A stretch of DNA of 64,000 nucleotides, taken from Aquificota bacterium (GTDB lineage: Bacteria; Aquificota; Aquificia; Aquificales; Aquificaceae). Positions 28,752 to 37,692 of this stretch are shown here, piece after piece (position 1 is the stretch's first letter; every line of letters starts with the position of its first letter). Location: the NCBI GenBank assembly GCA_013153495.1, contig JAADEH010000010.1:26379-90378 (forward strand), in the 5' to 3' direction. Below the pieces are notes generated by a model. That model searched no databases and had not been told where the DNA came from. It saw only the letters and a program-made list of their open reading frames with translations. The position numbers were made by a program, and so were the translations under genes.

Positions 28752-29755
28752 GGGTCTCCGTCTTCGGTGCTACCGGATACACAGCTTCCGAGCTTATCCG
28801 GGTTCTAACCTCACACCCTTATGCAGAAATAACTAATCTTATCTCCTCTTCCACCGCAGGCAAAGCGGTTTCGGAAGTTCTACCTCACATGACCCACTCC
28901 ATCGGGGATAAGAGATTGCTTACCGAACCGGAGGAGGATTACGACCTTGCCTTTCTATGTCTCCCCCACGAAGCCTCTATGGAACTGGTCCCAAAACTTT
29001 TAAAGCAGGGCAAGAAGGTAATAGACCTGTCGGGTGCATACAGGATAAGAAACCCCCAAGCTTACGAGGAATTCTACGGCTTTGAACATTCTTACAAAGG
29101 ATTGCTCCAGGAAGCGGTCTATGGGCTTCCGGAACTATTCAGGAAAGAGATAAGAAAAGCTAACCTCGTAGCCAACCCCGGATGTTATCCCACCGCAACC
29201 CTGCTGGCGTTATATCCGTTTGTGAAAGAAAGTATTGAATTTGAAAGCGTTATAATCCACGCCCTGTCGGGCGTATCGGGTGCAGGAAGGAAGACGAGGC
29301 AACACTTCCACTACCCGGAAATGACCGAAAACTTTTTCTCTTACTCCGTGGAGAAGCACAGACACACTCCAGAGATGGAGGACATTATAAAGAGATTAAC
29401 AGGCAAAGACATAAAACTGCGCTTTACGCCGACGGTGGTTCCATCATCGAGGGGAATGCTATCTACCGTCTATATAAGAACATCAGAGCTTAATCTCCGA
29501 GAGCTGTATATGGAAACTTACAGGTTTGAACCTTTCGTCAGGGTTGTAGATACACCCCCCATGACCAAGTGGACCTTAGGGACAAACAGCTGCTACATCT
29601 ACCCCACCTATGATGAGAGAACCTCAACTGCGGTGATAATATCAGCCATAGACAACCTCGGTAAGGGAGCATCCCTGCAGGCTGTTCAAAACATGAACCT
29701 GATGATAGGCTTTGAGGAAGAGCTGGGACTACCTAAACACCCCCTATATCCATAA
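28736..29755 (+). CDS. argC: N-acetyl-gamma-glutamyl-phosphate reductase
   Basis: FGATGY, DLSGAYR, NPGCYPT, SGVSGAG, and DNLGKGA. Confidence 0.93.
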   Translation: MEQTLRVSVFGATGYTASELIRVLTSHPYAEITNLISSSTAGKAVSEVLPHMTHSIGDKRLLTEPEEDYDLAFLCLPHEASMELVPKLLKQGKKVIDLSGAYRIRNPQAYEEFYGFEHSYKGLLQEAVYGLPELFRKEIRKANLVANPGCYPTATLLALYPFVKESIEFESVIIHALSGVSGAGRKTRQHFHYPEMTENFFSYSVEKHRHTPEMEDIIKRLTGKDIKLRFTPTVVPSSRGMLSTVYIRTSELNLRELYMETYRFEPFVRVVDTPPMTKWTLGTNSCYIYPTYDERTSTAVIISAIDNLGKGASLQAVQNMNLMIGFEEELGLPKHPLYP

Positions 29756-29779
29756 GGAAATTTGTATATGCGAATTATT

Positions 29780-29819
29780 TTAAATTAGACTTATTTATCA
29801 GAACATAAGTAAGATTTAA
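29780..29819. promoter_or_regulatory. Paired inverted T-N11-A operator upstream of the sox cluster
   Basis: TTAAATTAGACTTAT-N10-ATAAGTAAGATTTAA; the arms are 12/15 complementary and each arm is a T-N11-A box. Confidence 0.55.
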
Positions 29820-29858
29820 GAAAATTTCCAAAACCTATCCTCTAAATTATTTACTGCA

Positions 29859-30275
29859 ATGCTGGCGTTTTTGGCGCTTCTAATTATTGGAATATCAGCA
29901 TTTTCTTATTCTCAAACCGAAGGGTGGGTAACGGACTTTGACAGAGGTGTTGAGCTTGCGAAGAGCCAAAATAAGGAGGTTTTAATTTACTTTTACGGTG
30001 AACACTGCCCATACTGCTTACAGATGGAGGAATTCGTCTTAGGAGACCCGGAAGTTGACAGTTATATAAGAGAAAGATTTGTAGTTGTAAGTTTGAATAT
30101 AAGTGAAGTTCATGAACTTGATAAAAAATTTGGTGTAATAGGAACTCCCTACTTCGTCGTTTATGACCCTAAAAGGGATAAAATAGTTTTGAGAATATTT
30201 GGAAGTAGGGAGAGGGAAGACTTTTTGAACTTGCTAATTAAGGCTTGTAAGAAATCCAATCTAAGGAGGTGTTAG
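29859..30275 (+). CDS. soxW: SoxW-like periplasmic thioredoxin
   Basis: Signal peptide; CPYC and GTPY motifs; first gene of the sox cluster. Confidence 0.7.
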   Translation: MLAFLALLIIGISAFSYSQTEGWVTDFDRGVELAKSQNKEVLIYFYGEHCPYCLQMEEFVLGDPEVDSYIRERFVVVSLNISEVHELDKKFGVIGTPYFVVYDPKRDKIVLRIFGSREREDFLNLLIKACKKSNLRRC

Positions 30276-30277
30276 AT

Positions 30278-30736
30278 ATGATTACAAGAAGGGACCTTTT
30301 CAAGGTCGCAGGAGTGGGAGCGGTGGCATTAGCCGTGGCTCCCGGAGCGGTCAAGCCTTCCTTTGGGGCACCCAAGAAGATATCCATCGAGGACTCCCTC
30401 AAGGAGCATTTGGGAGTAGGTCTTTCGGCTCTCAAGGAGAGCAACCTCATTCACATCAAGGCTCCCACGATAGCCGAGTCCGGCGCAAACGTTCCGGTCC
30501 AGGTCAAGGCGAACATACCCGTTGACCAGGTTCAGGCTCTTTACATATTTGCGGATGCAAACTTCAATCCCTGGGTAACTACAGTCGAGTTCTCTCCCAT
30601 GAACGGTGAGGTTTTCTTTGCAACCAGAATAAAGCTCGCTAAGACTTCTCCCGTCAGAGCTGTAATAAAGATGAAGGACGGAAGCCTGCTGGCTGCTGCT
30701 AAGGAAGTTAAGGTTACGGTCGGCGGTTGCGGCTGA
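30278..30736 (+). CDS. soxY: Sulfur carrier SoxY
   Basis: Tat signal RRDLF; APTIAESGANVP; C-terminal VTVGGCG swinging arm. Confidence 0.95.
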   Translation: MITRRDLFKVAGVGAVALAVAPGAVKPSFGAPKKISIEDSLKEHLGVGLSALKESNLIHIKAPTIAESGANVPVQVKANIPVDQVQALYIFADANFNPWVTTVEFSPMNGEVFFATRIKLAKTSPVRAVIKMKDGSLLAAAKEVKVTVGGCG

Positions 30737-30772
30737 TAAAACTCTTTAAAAAACCTTAAAGGGAGGTAGAAG

Positions 30773-31105
30773 ATGTCAAGACTTGGAAGAGCTATCGTAA
30801 GAGTGCCCAGAAGAATAAGCAAGGGGCAAGTTTTCAAAGTTCAGATGGTTATAACTCACCCCATGGAAACCGGTCTCAGGAAGGACAAGAAGACCGGTAA
30901 GGTCATACCTGCTCACTACATAACCAAGGTTGAGTTTCTCTTCAACGGTCAGAAAGTTACTACCCTTCACACCGGACCGGGTGTGAGTAAGAACCCTTAC
31001 TTTGCCATAATGATGAAGGCTACCGAGTCCGGAACGCTCACCATAAAGTATGAGGACAACAAAGGAGGCAAGTGGGAAAAGAGCGTCAAGATTAACGTCT
31101 CTTAA
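30773..31105 (+). CDS. soxZ: SoxZ
   Basis: ITHPMETGLRKD...IPAHYI and VSKNPY. Confidence 0.95.
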   Translation: MSRLGRAIVRVPRRISKGQVFKVQMVITHPMETGLRKDKKTGKVIPAHYITKVEFLFNGQKVTTLHTGPGVSKNPYFAIMMKATESGTLTIKYEDNKGGKWEKSVKINVS

Positions 31106-31123
31106 TTTTAAGGAGGGGTTGGT

Positions 31124-31951
31124 ATGAAGAAGAGAACGCTTTTTGCTTCCGCTTTGCTGGCAGGAGGGGCAATTTTAGGAACAGCGGCGGTAGCGCAGGA
31201 GCAACTCCCCACCCACCTGAAGGAGCTTCTCGAGCTGGGTATGCATCCCGGACACTCCTTCGTGGACGAAGGTAGGGAGATGTTCCACAAGCCCGGACCC
31301 AACGGCAAATCCTGTGCAACCTGCCACGGTCAGGACGGTGTTAAGTTAGAGGGTGCTTATGCAAAGATGCCCAGATACTACAAGGACATAGGCAAAGTTG
31401 CGGATATAGACCTGAGAATACTTGCCTGTATGACAAAATACATGGGATACGACAAGAACGATAAGAAGTTCATGAAGAAGTTCAACAAGTGGAGCGGACC
31501 TTACAGGGTTCCCCTCGCATCCTATGTGGCATCTCTCTCTAACGGTCAGGAGATAAACGTTCAGCTCAATCATCCGGAAGAGAAGAGAATGTATAAGCTC
31601 GGTGAGGAACTCTGGTTTATGAGGGTTGGTGCAAGGGACTTCTCCTGCGGAATTTGCCACACCGTGCTGGCAGGTAAGAGGATAAGACTTCAGGGATTGC
31701 CCGACCCGGTTAAACAGAAGGTTTATACCCACTGGCCCGCATACAGGTTCGGTTCCGACAGAATGTGGACCATGGAAGACAGAGTCAGGAGCTGTTGGAA
31801 GGCATACTTCCTATATGTAAAACAGTGGAATGAGAAGAAGGATTGGGTCAAGAAGCCCCCACCTTACTCCGAGTGGGTCATAGCCTTGGAGCTTTACATG
31901 AAGAAAGCAGCCAACGGTGGAACCATAGAGGTTCCCGGACTCTTGAGGTAA
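31124..31951 (+). CDS. soxA: SoxA diheme cytochrome c
   Basis: Signal peptide; CATCH and CGICH; RILAC and RVRSC Cys ligands; WPAYR. Confidence 0.9.
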   Translation: MKKRTLFASALLAGGAILGTAAVAQEQLPTHLKELLELGMHPGHSFVDEGREMFHKPGPNGKSCATCHGQDGVKLEGAYAKMPRYYKDIGKVADIDLRILACMTKYMGYDKNDKKFMKKFNKWSGPYRVPLASYVASLSNGQEINVQLNHPEEKRMYKLGEELWFMRVGARDFSCGICHTVLAGKRIRLQGLPDPVKQKVYTHWPAYRFGSDRMWTMEDRVRSCWKAYFLYVKQWNEKKDWVKKPPPYSEWVIALELYMKKAANGGTIEVPGLLR

Positions 31952-31969
31952 TTTGAAGGAGGGGCAAAG

Positions 31970-32560
31970 ATGAAAAAGATAGTTATAGCTGGTGCGGTAG
32001 CTGGACTCGGACTTTTGGTTGCCTGCCAGCCGGCGGCACAGCAGACAGAAGCTCCTAAGAAGGAGGTAACCGCTCAGAAGAAGAAGCTCTCCAAGCACGA
32101 GAAGTTCAAGATAGCACTTGAAAATCAGGATAAATACCAGAAGGCATGTTCAAATCCCGTTCAGCTCGTTCCCGAGGGAATAGACATAGAGACCTTTAAG
32201 AAGGAAATGCTCGCAACAGTTAAGTTCCCCGAGGGAGGAGTTGTAGGAAAGAACATAGCCAGAGGAGAGAAGCTCTTCGGAGACCCGAAGAAGGGCGGAA
32301 AGAGCAGAAGGGGTAACTGCTACGCTTGCCACTGTGGAGACCCGCAGATAATAGCCTGCGGAAATATAGGACCTTCCCTTAGGGGTTACGGAAAGAGAGG
32401 CATAGACCCTAAGGAAACCTACATAAGGATATACAACTCCTGGGCTGTTAACCCCTGTTCCGTCATGCCGAGACTCGGATACCACGGCGTCCTATCCCCC
32501 GAGGAGATTGCTGATATTGTTGCCTACATGCACGACCCTAACTCTCCCCTTAACAAGTGA
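31970..32560 (+). CDS. soxX: SoxX cytochrome c (lipoprotein)
   Basis: LLVAC lipobox; GNCYACH; GNIGPSL; SVMPRLG. Confidence 0.9.
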   Translation: MKKIVIAGAVAGLGLLVACQPAAQQTEAPKKEVTAQKKKLSKHEKFKIALENQDKYQKACSNPVQLVPEGIDIETFKKEMLATVKFPEGGVVGKNIARGEKLFGDPKKGGKSRRGNCYACHCGDPQIIACGNIGPSLRGYGKRGIDPKETYIRIYNSWAVNPCSVMPRLGYHGVLSPEEIADIVAYMHDPNSPLNK

Positions 32561-32569
32561 TGTCTATCA

Positions 32570-32588
32570 AGGGGGCGCTTTGCCCCCT
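32570..32588 (+). terminator. Hairpin between soxX and soxB (terminator or mRNA stabiliser)
   Basis: AGGGGGC-GCTTT-GCCCCCT; no immediate U tract. Confidence 0.45.
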
Positions 32589-32655
32589 GATGTTCAACAT
32601 AGACTTGTCCGAATGTGTTATTTCTTTTTTTTATGTTTAGAGGAGGTGACGGCAG

Positions 32656-34410
32656 ATGCATTTAACTCGTAGGGACTTTCTGGAACTGGCAATAGTTACG
32701 GGAGCCTTTATGACCGCTAATCCCGTAGCTACGCTCGCTAAGATGACTTACGACGACATTATGAGCTTCAAATCGGTGGGGAACGTAACCCTGCTCTTTA
32801 CCACCGACATGCACGCACACCTTGACCCGCTATACTTTGCGGAACCCATGAACCTCGTAGCTCCCAAGAAGCTCATGGGAACACCCGGCTACATCACGGG
32901 AATGGAATTCCTCAAGTTCTACAAGATAGCTCCGGGAACGCTCGAAGCCTACTTCACGAGCTGTGTTGACTTTCCGAAACTCGCTCACAAGTTCGGTAAG
33001 ATGGGTGGTGCCGCACACATAACCACCATAATCAAGCATGTCATAGCGGAGAGAGGAAGGGACAAAGTCCTCGTAATGGACGGAGGAGATACCTGGACCA
33101 CCACAGCCATAGGAACTTTCACGGAAGGAAAATCCGTGGTCGAGTGGATGAACTATACGGGATACGACCTTTTCGTTGCTCACTGGGACTTCACCTTCGG
33201 TAAAGAGACCTTTCTCAAGAGGATAGAGGAACTTGAAAAGGGTGGTTGCGAGTTCATAACCCACAATGTAGTTGACGAAATGTGGGGAGACCTCGTCTTC
33301 AAACCCTACACCATAAAAGAGGTTGGAGGAGTAAAGCTCGGGATAATAGGAAGCTCTTTCCCCTTCACTCCCTTGGCAAACCCCAGACAGTTTGTGGAAG
33401 GCTGGAGCTTCGGAATTAGGGAAGACCAGCTTCAGCAGTTCGTTAACGAACTCAGGGAACAGCACAAGGTAGATGCGGTTATATTCCTCACCCACAACGG
33501 TTTCCCTCTGGACCAGAAAATAGCTCGTGTGGTTCAGGGAATTGATGTGATAATTTCCGGGCACACCCACGACGTTACCCCCAGAGCTATCAAGGTGGGT
33601 AAGACTATCGTCGTCATAGCGGGTTCCCACGGTAAGTTCGTAGGAAGACTCGACCTCGACATAAAGAACGGAAGGATAAGGGATTACAGGTTCAAGCTCT
33701 ATCCCGTGGCGTCCAACCTCGTTCCTGCGGATAAGGGCGCTCAAAAGATTGTTGATAAATGGAAGAAGGAGGTTACCAAGACCCACAAGCTGGAAGAAGA
33801 GATAGGCGTTGCTGAGGTTATGCTCTACAAGAGGGATACCTTCTTCTCCACCTGGGATTGGCTCGTAGGAGAGGCTATAAACGACTACTACGGCGGAGAC
33901 CTTGACGTGGTAACCTCTCCCGGATACAGATGGGGAACGGTAGTTCTACCCGGGCAGAAGATAACGAGGGACCACGTCTATGACTACACCGCTATAACCT
34001 ATCCCAACGTCTATGTTCTCAAGAGGACAGGAAAGCAACTCCTCGAGGTCTGGGAGGATGTGGCGGACAACGTCTTCAACCCTGACCCCTTCTATCAGCA
34101 GGGGGGAGACATGTCCAGGCTCTGGAATGTGGAATACGAGATAGAGGTGAACGGACCCCAGTATAACCGTATAAGGAATGTCCGCATAGGTGGCAAACCT
34201 CTCAAGGAGAACAAGGAATACCTCATGGCGGTTTACGGAGGACCACCCCCACCCGAGGATGCCATACATCCCGATTACAAACCCGTTCCCGTATATGACA
34301 TACTCATCGACTACATTAAGAAGAAGAAGAACATAAAGGTCAGAACCAAGCCTAACGTGAAGGTTCTGGACGCTCCTTATAAAACCTACGAGGAGTGTTT
34401 CGGGACATGA
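32656..34410 (+). CDS. soxB: Thiosulfohydrolase SoxB
   Basis: Tat signal RRDFL; TDMHAH, DGGDT, HWDF, LTHNG and SGHTHD (5'-nucleotidase fold). Confidence 0.95.
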   Translation: MHLTRRDFLELAIVTGAFMTANPVATLAKMTYDDIMSFKSVGNVTLLFTTDMHAHLDPLYFAEPMNLVAPKKLMGTPGYITGMEFLKFYKIAPGTLEAYFTSCVDFPKLAHKFGKMGGAAHITTIIKHVIAERGRDKVLVMDGGDTWTTTAIGTFTEGKSVVEWMNYTGYDLFVAHWDFTFGKETFLKRIEELEKGGCEFITHNVVDEMWGDLVFKPYTIKEVGGVKLGIIGSSFPFTPLANPRQFVEGWSFGIREDQLQQFVNELREQHKVDAVIFLTHNGFPLDQKIARVVQGIDVIISGHTHDVTPRAIKVGKTIVVIAGSHGKFVGRLDLDIKNGRIRDYRFKLYPVASNLVPADKGAQKIVDKWKKEVTKTHKLEEEIGVAEVMLYKRDTFFSTWDWLVGEAINDYYGGDLDVVTSPGYRWGTVVLPGQKITRDHVYDYTAITYPNVYVLKRTGKQLLEVWEDVADNVFNPDPFYQQGGDMSRLWNVEYEIEVNGPQYNRIRNVRIGGKPLKENKEYLMAVYGGPPPPEDAIHPDYKPVPVYDILIDYIKKKKNIKVRTKPNVKVLDAPYKTYEECFGT

Positions 34411-34904
34411 AGGCGATACTCTTTCTGCTGGGCGGCGTTCTTGCCGTCCTTGCCTTTATGTTTTACGTCCGAACCCAGCTCATAACTCCCGAAAACATGT
34501 TCTTTTTCACCATGGAGGTTAAGAATAAAGAACACCAGCAGGTAGTTCAGGAACTCGTTCAAAAACTGAACGAAAAGGGACTAAAAGTTATAAGAACCCT
34601 TCCCATGTCCAAGGTCATTCATGAGAGGGGCATAAGGGACTTTCCCAATTACACCACCATACTTGCCTGCGACATAGAGGAGAAGAAGGAACTCCTCAGA
34701 AAGGTCCCCTTCATGAGTGTCCTTATACCCTGCAGTGTGGCGGTTTACGAAAAGGAGGGTAAAGTTTACATAACCTCTATGAAGGAGATACTCCTCGTAA
34801 AGGATTACTCGGAGGAGCTTGGAGACAGATACATACAGCTTATAGCGGATACATACCAACAGCTCAGGATAGCCATAGCGGAGGTGGCGGAGGAAAGAGA
34901 ATGA
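34407..34904 (+). CDS. DUF302-like protein (membrane-anchored)
   Basis: N-terminal TM; TILAC and LIPCSVAVYE motifs. Confidence 0.7.
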   Translation: MKAILFLLGGVLAVLAFMFYVRTQLITPENMFFFTMEVKNKEHQQVVQELVQKLNEKGLKVIRTLPMSKVIHERGIRDFPNYTTILACDIEEKKELLRKVPFMSVLIPCSVAVYEKEGKVYITSMKEILLVKDYSEELGDRYIQLIADTYQQLRIAIAEVAEERE

Positions 34905-35350
34905 GAACCTTGCTTCTGATACCTATACTCCTGATAACCTTTGCTTTTACTCAGGAACAGAAGAAACACCCCATGCAGTATGAAGAGGTTATAGAGGGGT
35001 TGGACTTTGAAGATGTGAAACTGCTTCTGAAAACTGCTCTTGACGGGAGGAATATGAACGTTCTGGGTGTTATAGATGTTGCCACCGACAAGCCGAGGTT
35101 TTCCTACTTCCTGGTCTGTAACCTCTCCTATGCGGAAAAGATATTCAGGGAAATGCCTCAGCTTGGGGTTATGGCTCCCTGCAGGATATACCTATACGAG
35201 AGGGAAGACGGCTCTGTGGTGATTGGCTTTGTAAATGTAAAGACCTTGCTCAGGGTCTTCGGGGATAAACTCTCCAAGCAATCCCAAGAGCTTTTTTTAA
35301 AGGCGGACAAGGACATAAAGTCTGCCATACAGGAAGTTAGAGGAGAGTGA
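34901..35350 (+). CDS. DUF302-like protein (exported)
   Basis: Signal peptide; FLVCN and MAPCRIYLYE motifs. Confidence 0.7.
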   Translation: MRTLLLIPILLITFAFTQEQKKHPMQYEEVIEGLDFEDVKLLLKTALDGRNMNVLGVIDVATDKPRFSYFLVCNLSYAEKIFREMPQLGVMAPCRIYLYEREDGSVVIGFVNVKTLLRVFGDKLSKQSQELFLKADKDIKSAIQEVRGE

Positions 35351-36327
35351 TGCTTCCTCTGGCTAAATTCTTCTTACTCTTTCTGCTCGGAGTTGTTGTT
35401 GCAGGTGAATACCCTAAACACGTTAAGGAAACCTTGAGGAAGGTTGCGGAGGGGGTTTACGGAGTCTTCGGGGTTTACGAACAGGTCAGTTACGAGAACA
35501 GAGGTTTTATCTCAAATGCTTACTTTGTAATGACCGACGACGGCGTTCTGGTGGTGGACGCTCTGACTACCTACAAACTCGGTAGGGAACTCGTGGAGGC
35601 TGTAAGGAGCTTGACCGACAAACCTATAAGGTTCACCGTAATAACCCACTACCATACGGACCACTTTTATGGGGTGGGTGCTCTGAAGGAAGCGGGTTCG
35701 GTAATAATAGCTCACGAGTGGGCTTTCGATTACGTTTCCCAGCCTTCGAGCTGGAACTTTTACGAGGCGAGGAAGAAAATTTTAAAGGAACACATGGATG
35801 GAACCGACATGGTTCCCCCGGACATAACCCTCACGAAGGACCTCGATATTCACTTGGGCAAACACAGGTTTGAGGTTAGGCACTTCTGCAAGGCACACAC
35901 TCCGGGAGATATTGTAGTCTGGATACCCGATAAAAAGGTTCTCTTCAGCGGGGACATAGTTTTCGACGGAAGGCTTCCCTTTTTGGGTTCCGGCAACTCG
36001 AGGGGCTGGCTCAAGTGCCTCGACAAGATAATGGAGCTTGACCCGAATATACTCCTTCCCGGGCACGGAAACCCCATGCTTACAAAGGATAAGATAAGGG
36101 ACAGGGTTCTGTGGACCCGCAAATACATAGCGGACCTGAGAAACACCATAAGGAAGATGATAGAGGAGGGGCAGGACATAGATTATGTGAGAGAGCACAT
36201 AAACGAGGCTATGTTGGAGATAGACCCTTCCTACGCTCAGGTTCCCGTTTTCTTCGACGTTAATCCTGTAAACGCTTATTACGTTTACTTTGAGATAGAG
36301 AACGAAATGCTCGAGGAGGAAGAGTAA
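35347..36327 (+). CDS. soxH: Exported metallo-beta-lactamase-fold protein (SoxH-like)
   Basis: Signal peptide; THYHTDH, AHTPGD, FSGD and PGHG; last gene of the sox cluster. Confidence 0.7.
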   Translation: MMLPLAKFFLLFLLGVVVAGEYPKHVKETLRKVAEGVYGVFGVYEQVSYENRGFISNAYFVMTDDGVLVVDALTTYKLGRELVEAVRSLTDKPIRFTVITHYHTDHFYGVGALKEAGSVIIAHEWAFDYVSQPSSWNFYEARKKILKEHMDGTDMVPPDITLTKDLDIHLGKHRFEVRHFCKAHTPGDIVVWIPDKKVLFSGDIVFDGRLPFLGSGNSRGWLKCLDKIMELDPNILLPGHGNPMLTKDKIRDRVLWTRKYIADLRNTIRKMIEEGQDIDYVREHINEAMLEIDPSYAQVPVFFDVNPVNAYYVYFEIENEMLEEEE

Positions 36328-37692
36328 TCAATTTACCCATCTCCTTCCGTTCCTCTCTATAAGCTCGAAAGCGGATTCGGGACCGTAGGTTCCCTCTTTG
36401 TAGGTTTCTATGTCTTTGGTTTCTTCCCAGCTGTCGAGTATGGGCTGGACTATTTCCCAAGCTGCTTCCACCTCGTCTCCCCTTACAAATAGAGTTCTGT
36501 CTCCGGAGATTATGTCCTCTATGAGTGTCTCGTAGGCACTGGGAATTTCACCAAGCTCACGAACTAAGTCGAGTTCCATGCTTCCTTCGAGGGGGCATGC
36601 CTCGAGCTTTTGGGGTGAAATCATGTTTATAGAGAGTTTGAGCCTGTTCCCGGGAGCTATCTCCACGGTGAGCATGTTCTGAGGGGGGGCGCAGCCGAGG
36701 AAACTCCTGAAGTTTCCGGGGACTTTCTTGAAGACAACGACCGCAAGGGTTTTCTTCTCCTTAAGCCTTTTACCGGTTCTCAGATAGAAGGGGACATCCT
36801 GCCACCTGAAGTTGTCTATGTAAAGCTTCAGGGCTACGAAGGTTTCCGTGTTCGAAACTCTGCCTACTTCTTGCGAGTATCCTTCGTATTGGGCTTTTAC
36901 GACCTGCCGGGAGACCTCTTCCGGGGAGAGTTTCCTTAAGGACTTTAGAACCTTTACCTTTTCGTCCCTTATACTTTCCGTTTCCACCACCGAAGGTGGT
37001 TCCATAGCTATAAAGGAAAGTATTTGAAGGAGATGGTTTTGCACCATATCCCGCAAGGCACCAACGCTGTCGTAGTATCCCACCCTTCCCTCAACACCTT
37101 CCTCTTCTAAGGCTGATATTTGAATGTGGTCTATGAAGTTCTTGTTCCACACACCTTCGAATATGTAGTTGGAAAAGCGCAGGGCAAAGATGTTCTGAAC
37201 AGGAACCTTTCCGAGAAAGTGGTCTATGCGGTATATCTCCTCTTCGGAAAAGTATTTTTCCAAAAGGAAGTTGAGCTTTTTCGCTGAACTCAAATCCAAC
37301 CCGAAGGGTTTTTCTATTACCAGCTTCCTCGGGTTAGTGAAATCTCTGAGCAGGGCACCGAGGTTGACGACAGCCTGTTCGAAAAGCTGTGGGGGTAGGG
37401 CAAGGTAAAATATCAGCTCCTTTCCGGATAGAGTGGATACGGCTTCGCTCAGTCTTTTGTAGCTTTTTCTGTCCGTAAGGTCGAACTCTACGAACTCGAA
37501 TATCCTTTTGAAGACTGGGTCTGCCTTCGCTAAGGTTTCCTCGAGCTTTTCCCTTTTCCTTCCGAGGGCAAATATCTTTGATAAGTTCTTTAGTTTTCCT
37601 TTGCGAAGCATACTCTGGATTGCGGGGTAAAGCTTTCTCCTCGCAAGGTCTCCCGTTCCACCGAGTATAAAAAAGACGACAGGTCTATCCAT
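36328..37692 (-). CDS. zwf: Glucose-6-phosphate 1-dehydrogenase
   Basis: GGTGDLARRKLYP, IEKPFG, and YRIDHFLGK. Confidence 0.95.
   Translation of the reverse strand: MDRPVVFFILGGTGDLARRKLYPAIQSMLRKGKLKNLSKIFALGRKREKLEETLAKADPVFKRIFEFVEFDLTDRKSYKRLSEAVSTLSGKELIFYLALPPQLFEQAVVNLGALLRDFTNPRKLVIEKPFGLDLSSAKKLNFLLEKYFSEEEIYRIDHFLGKVPVQNIFALRFSNYIFEGVWNKNFIDHIQISALEEEGVEGRVGYYDSVGALRDMVQNHLLQILSFIAMEPPSVVETESIRDEKVKVLKSLRKLSPEEVSRQVVKAQYEGYSQEVGRVSNTETFVALKLYIDNFRWQDVPFYLRTGKRLKEKKTLAVVVFKKVPGNFRSFLGCAPPQNMLTVEIAPGNRLKLSINMISPQKLEACPLEGSMELDLVRELGEIPSAYETLIEDIISGDRTLFVRGDEVEAAWEIVQPILDSWEETKDIETYKEGTYGPESAFELIERNGRRWVN

Noticed and set aside
3908-30752. AAACTCTTTAAAAA occurring before both the 663-aa gene and soxZ
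   Set aside because: Low-complexity AT sequence, only two copies, and no functional link between the genes.
32830-33786. 318-aa antisense ORF inside soxB
   Set aside because: It lies entirely opposite a well-supported gene and is explained by codon bias; no recognisable domain.
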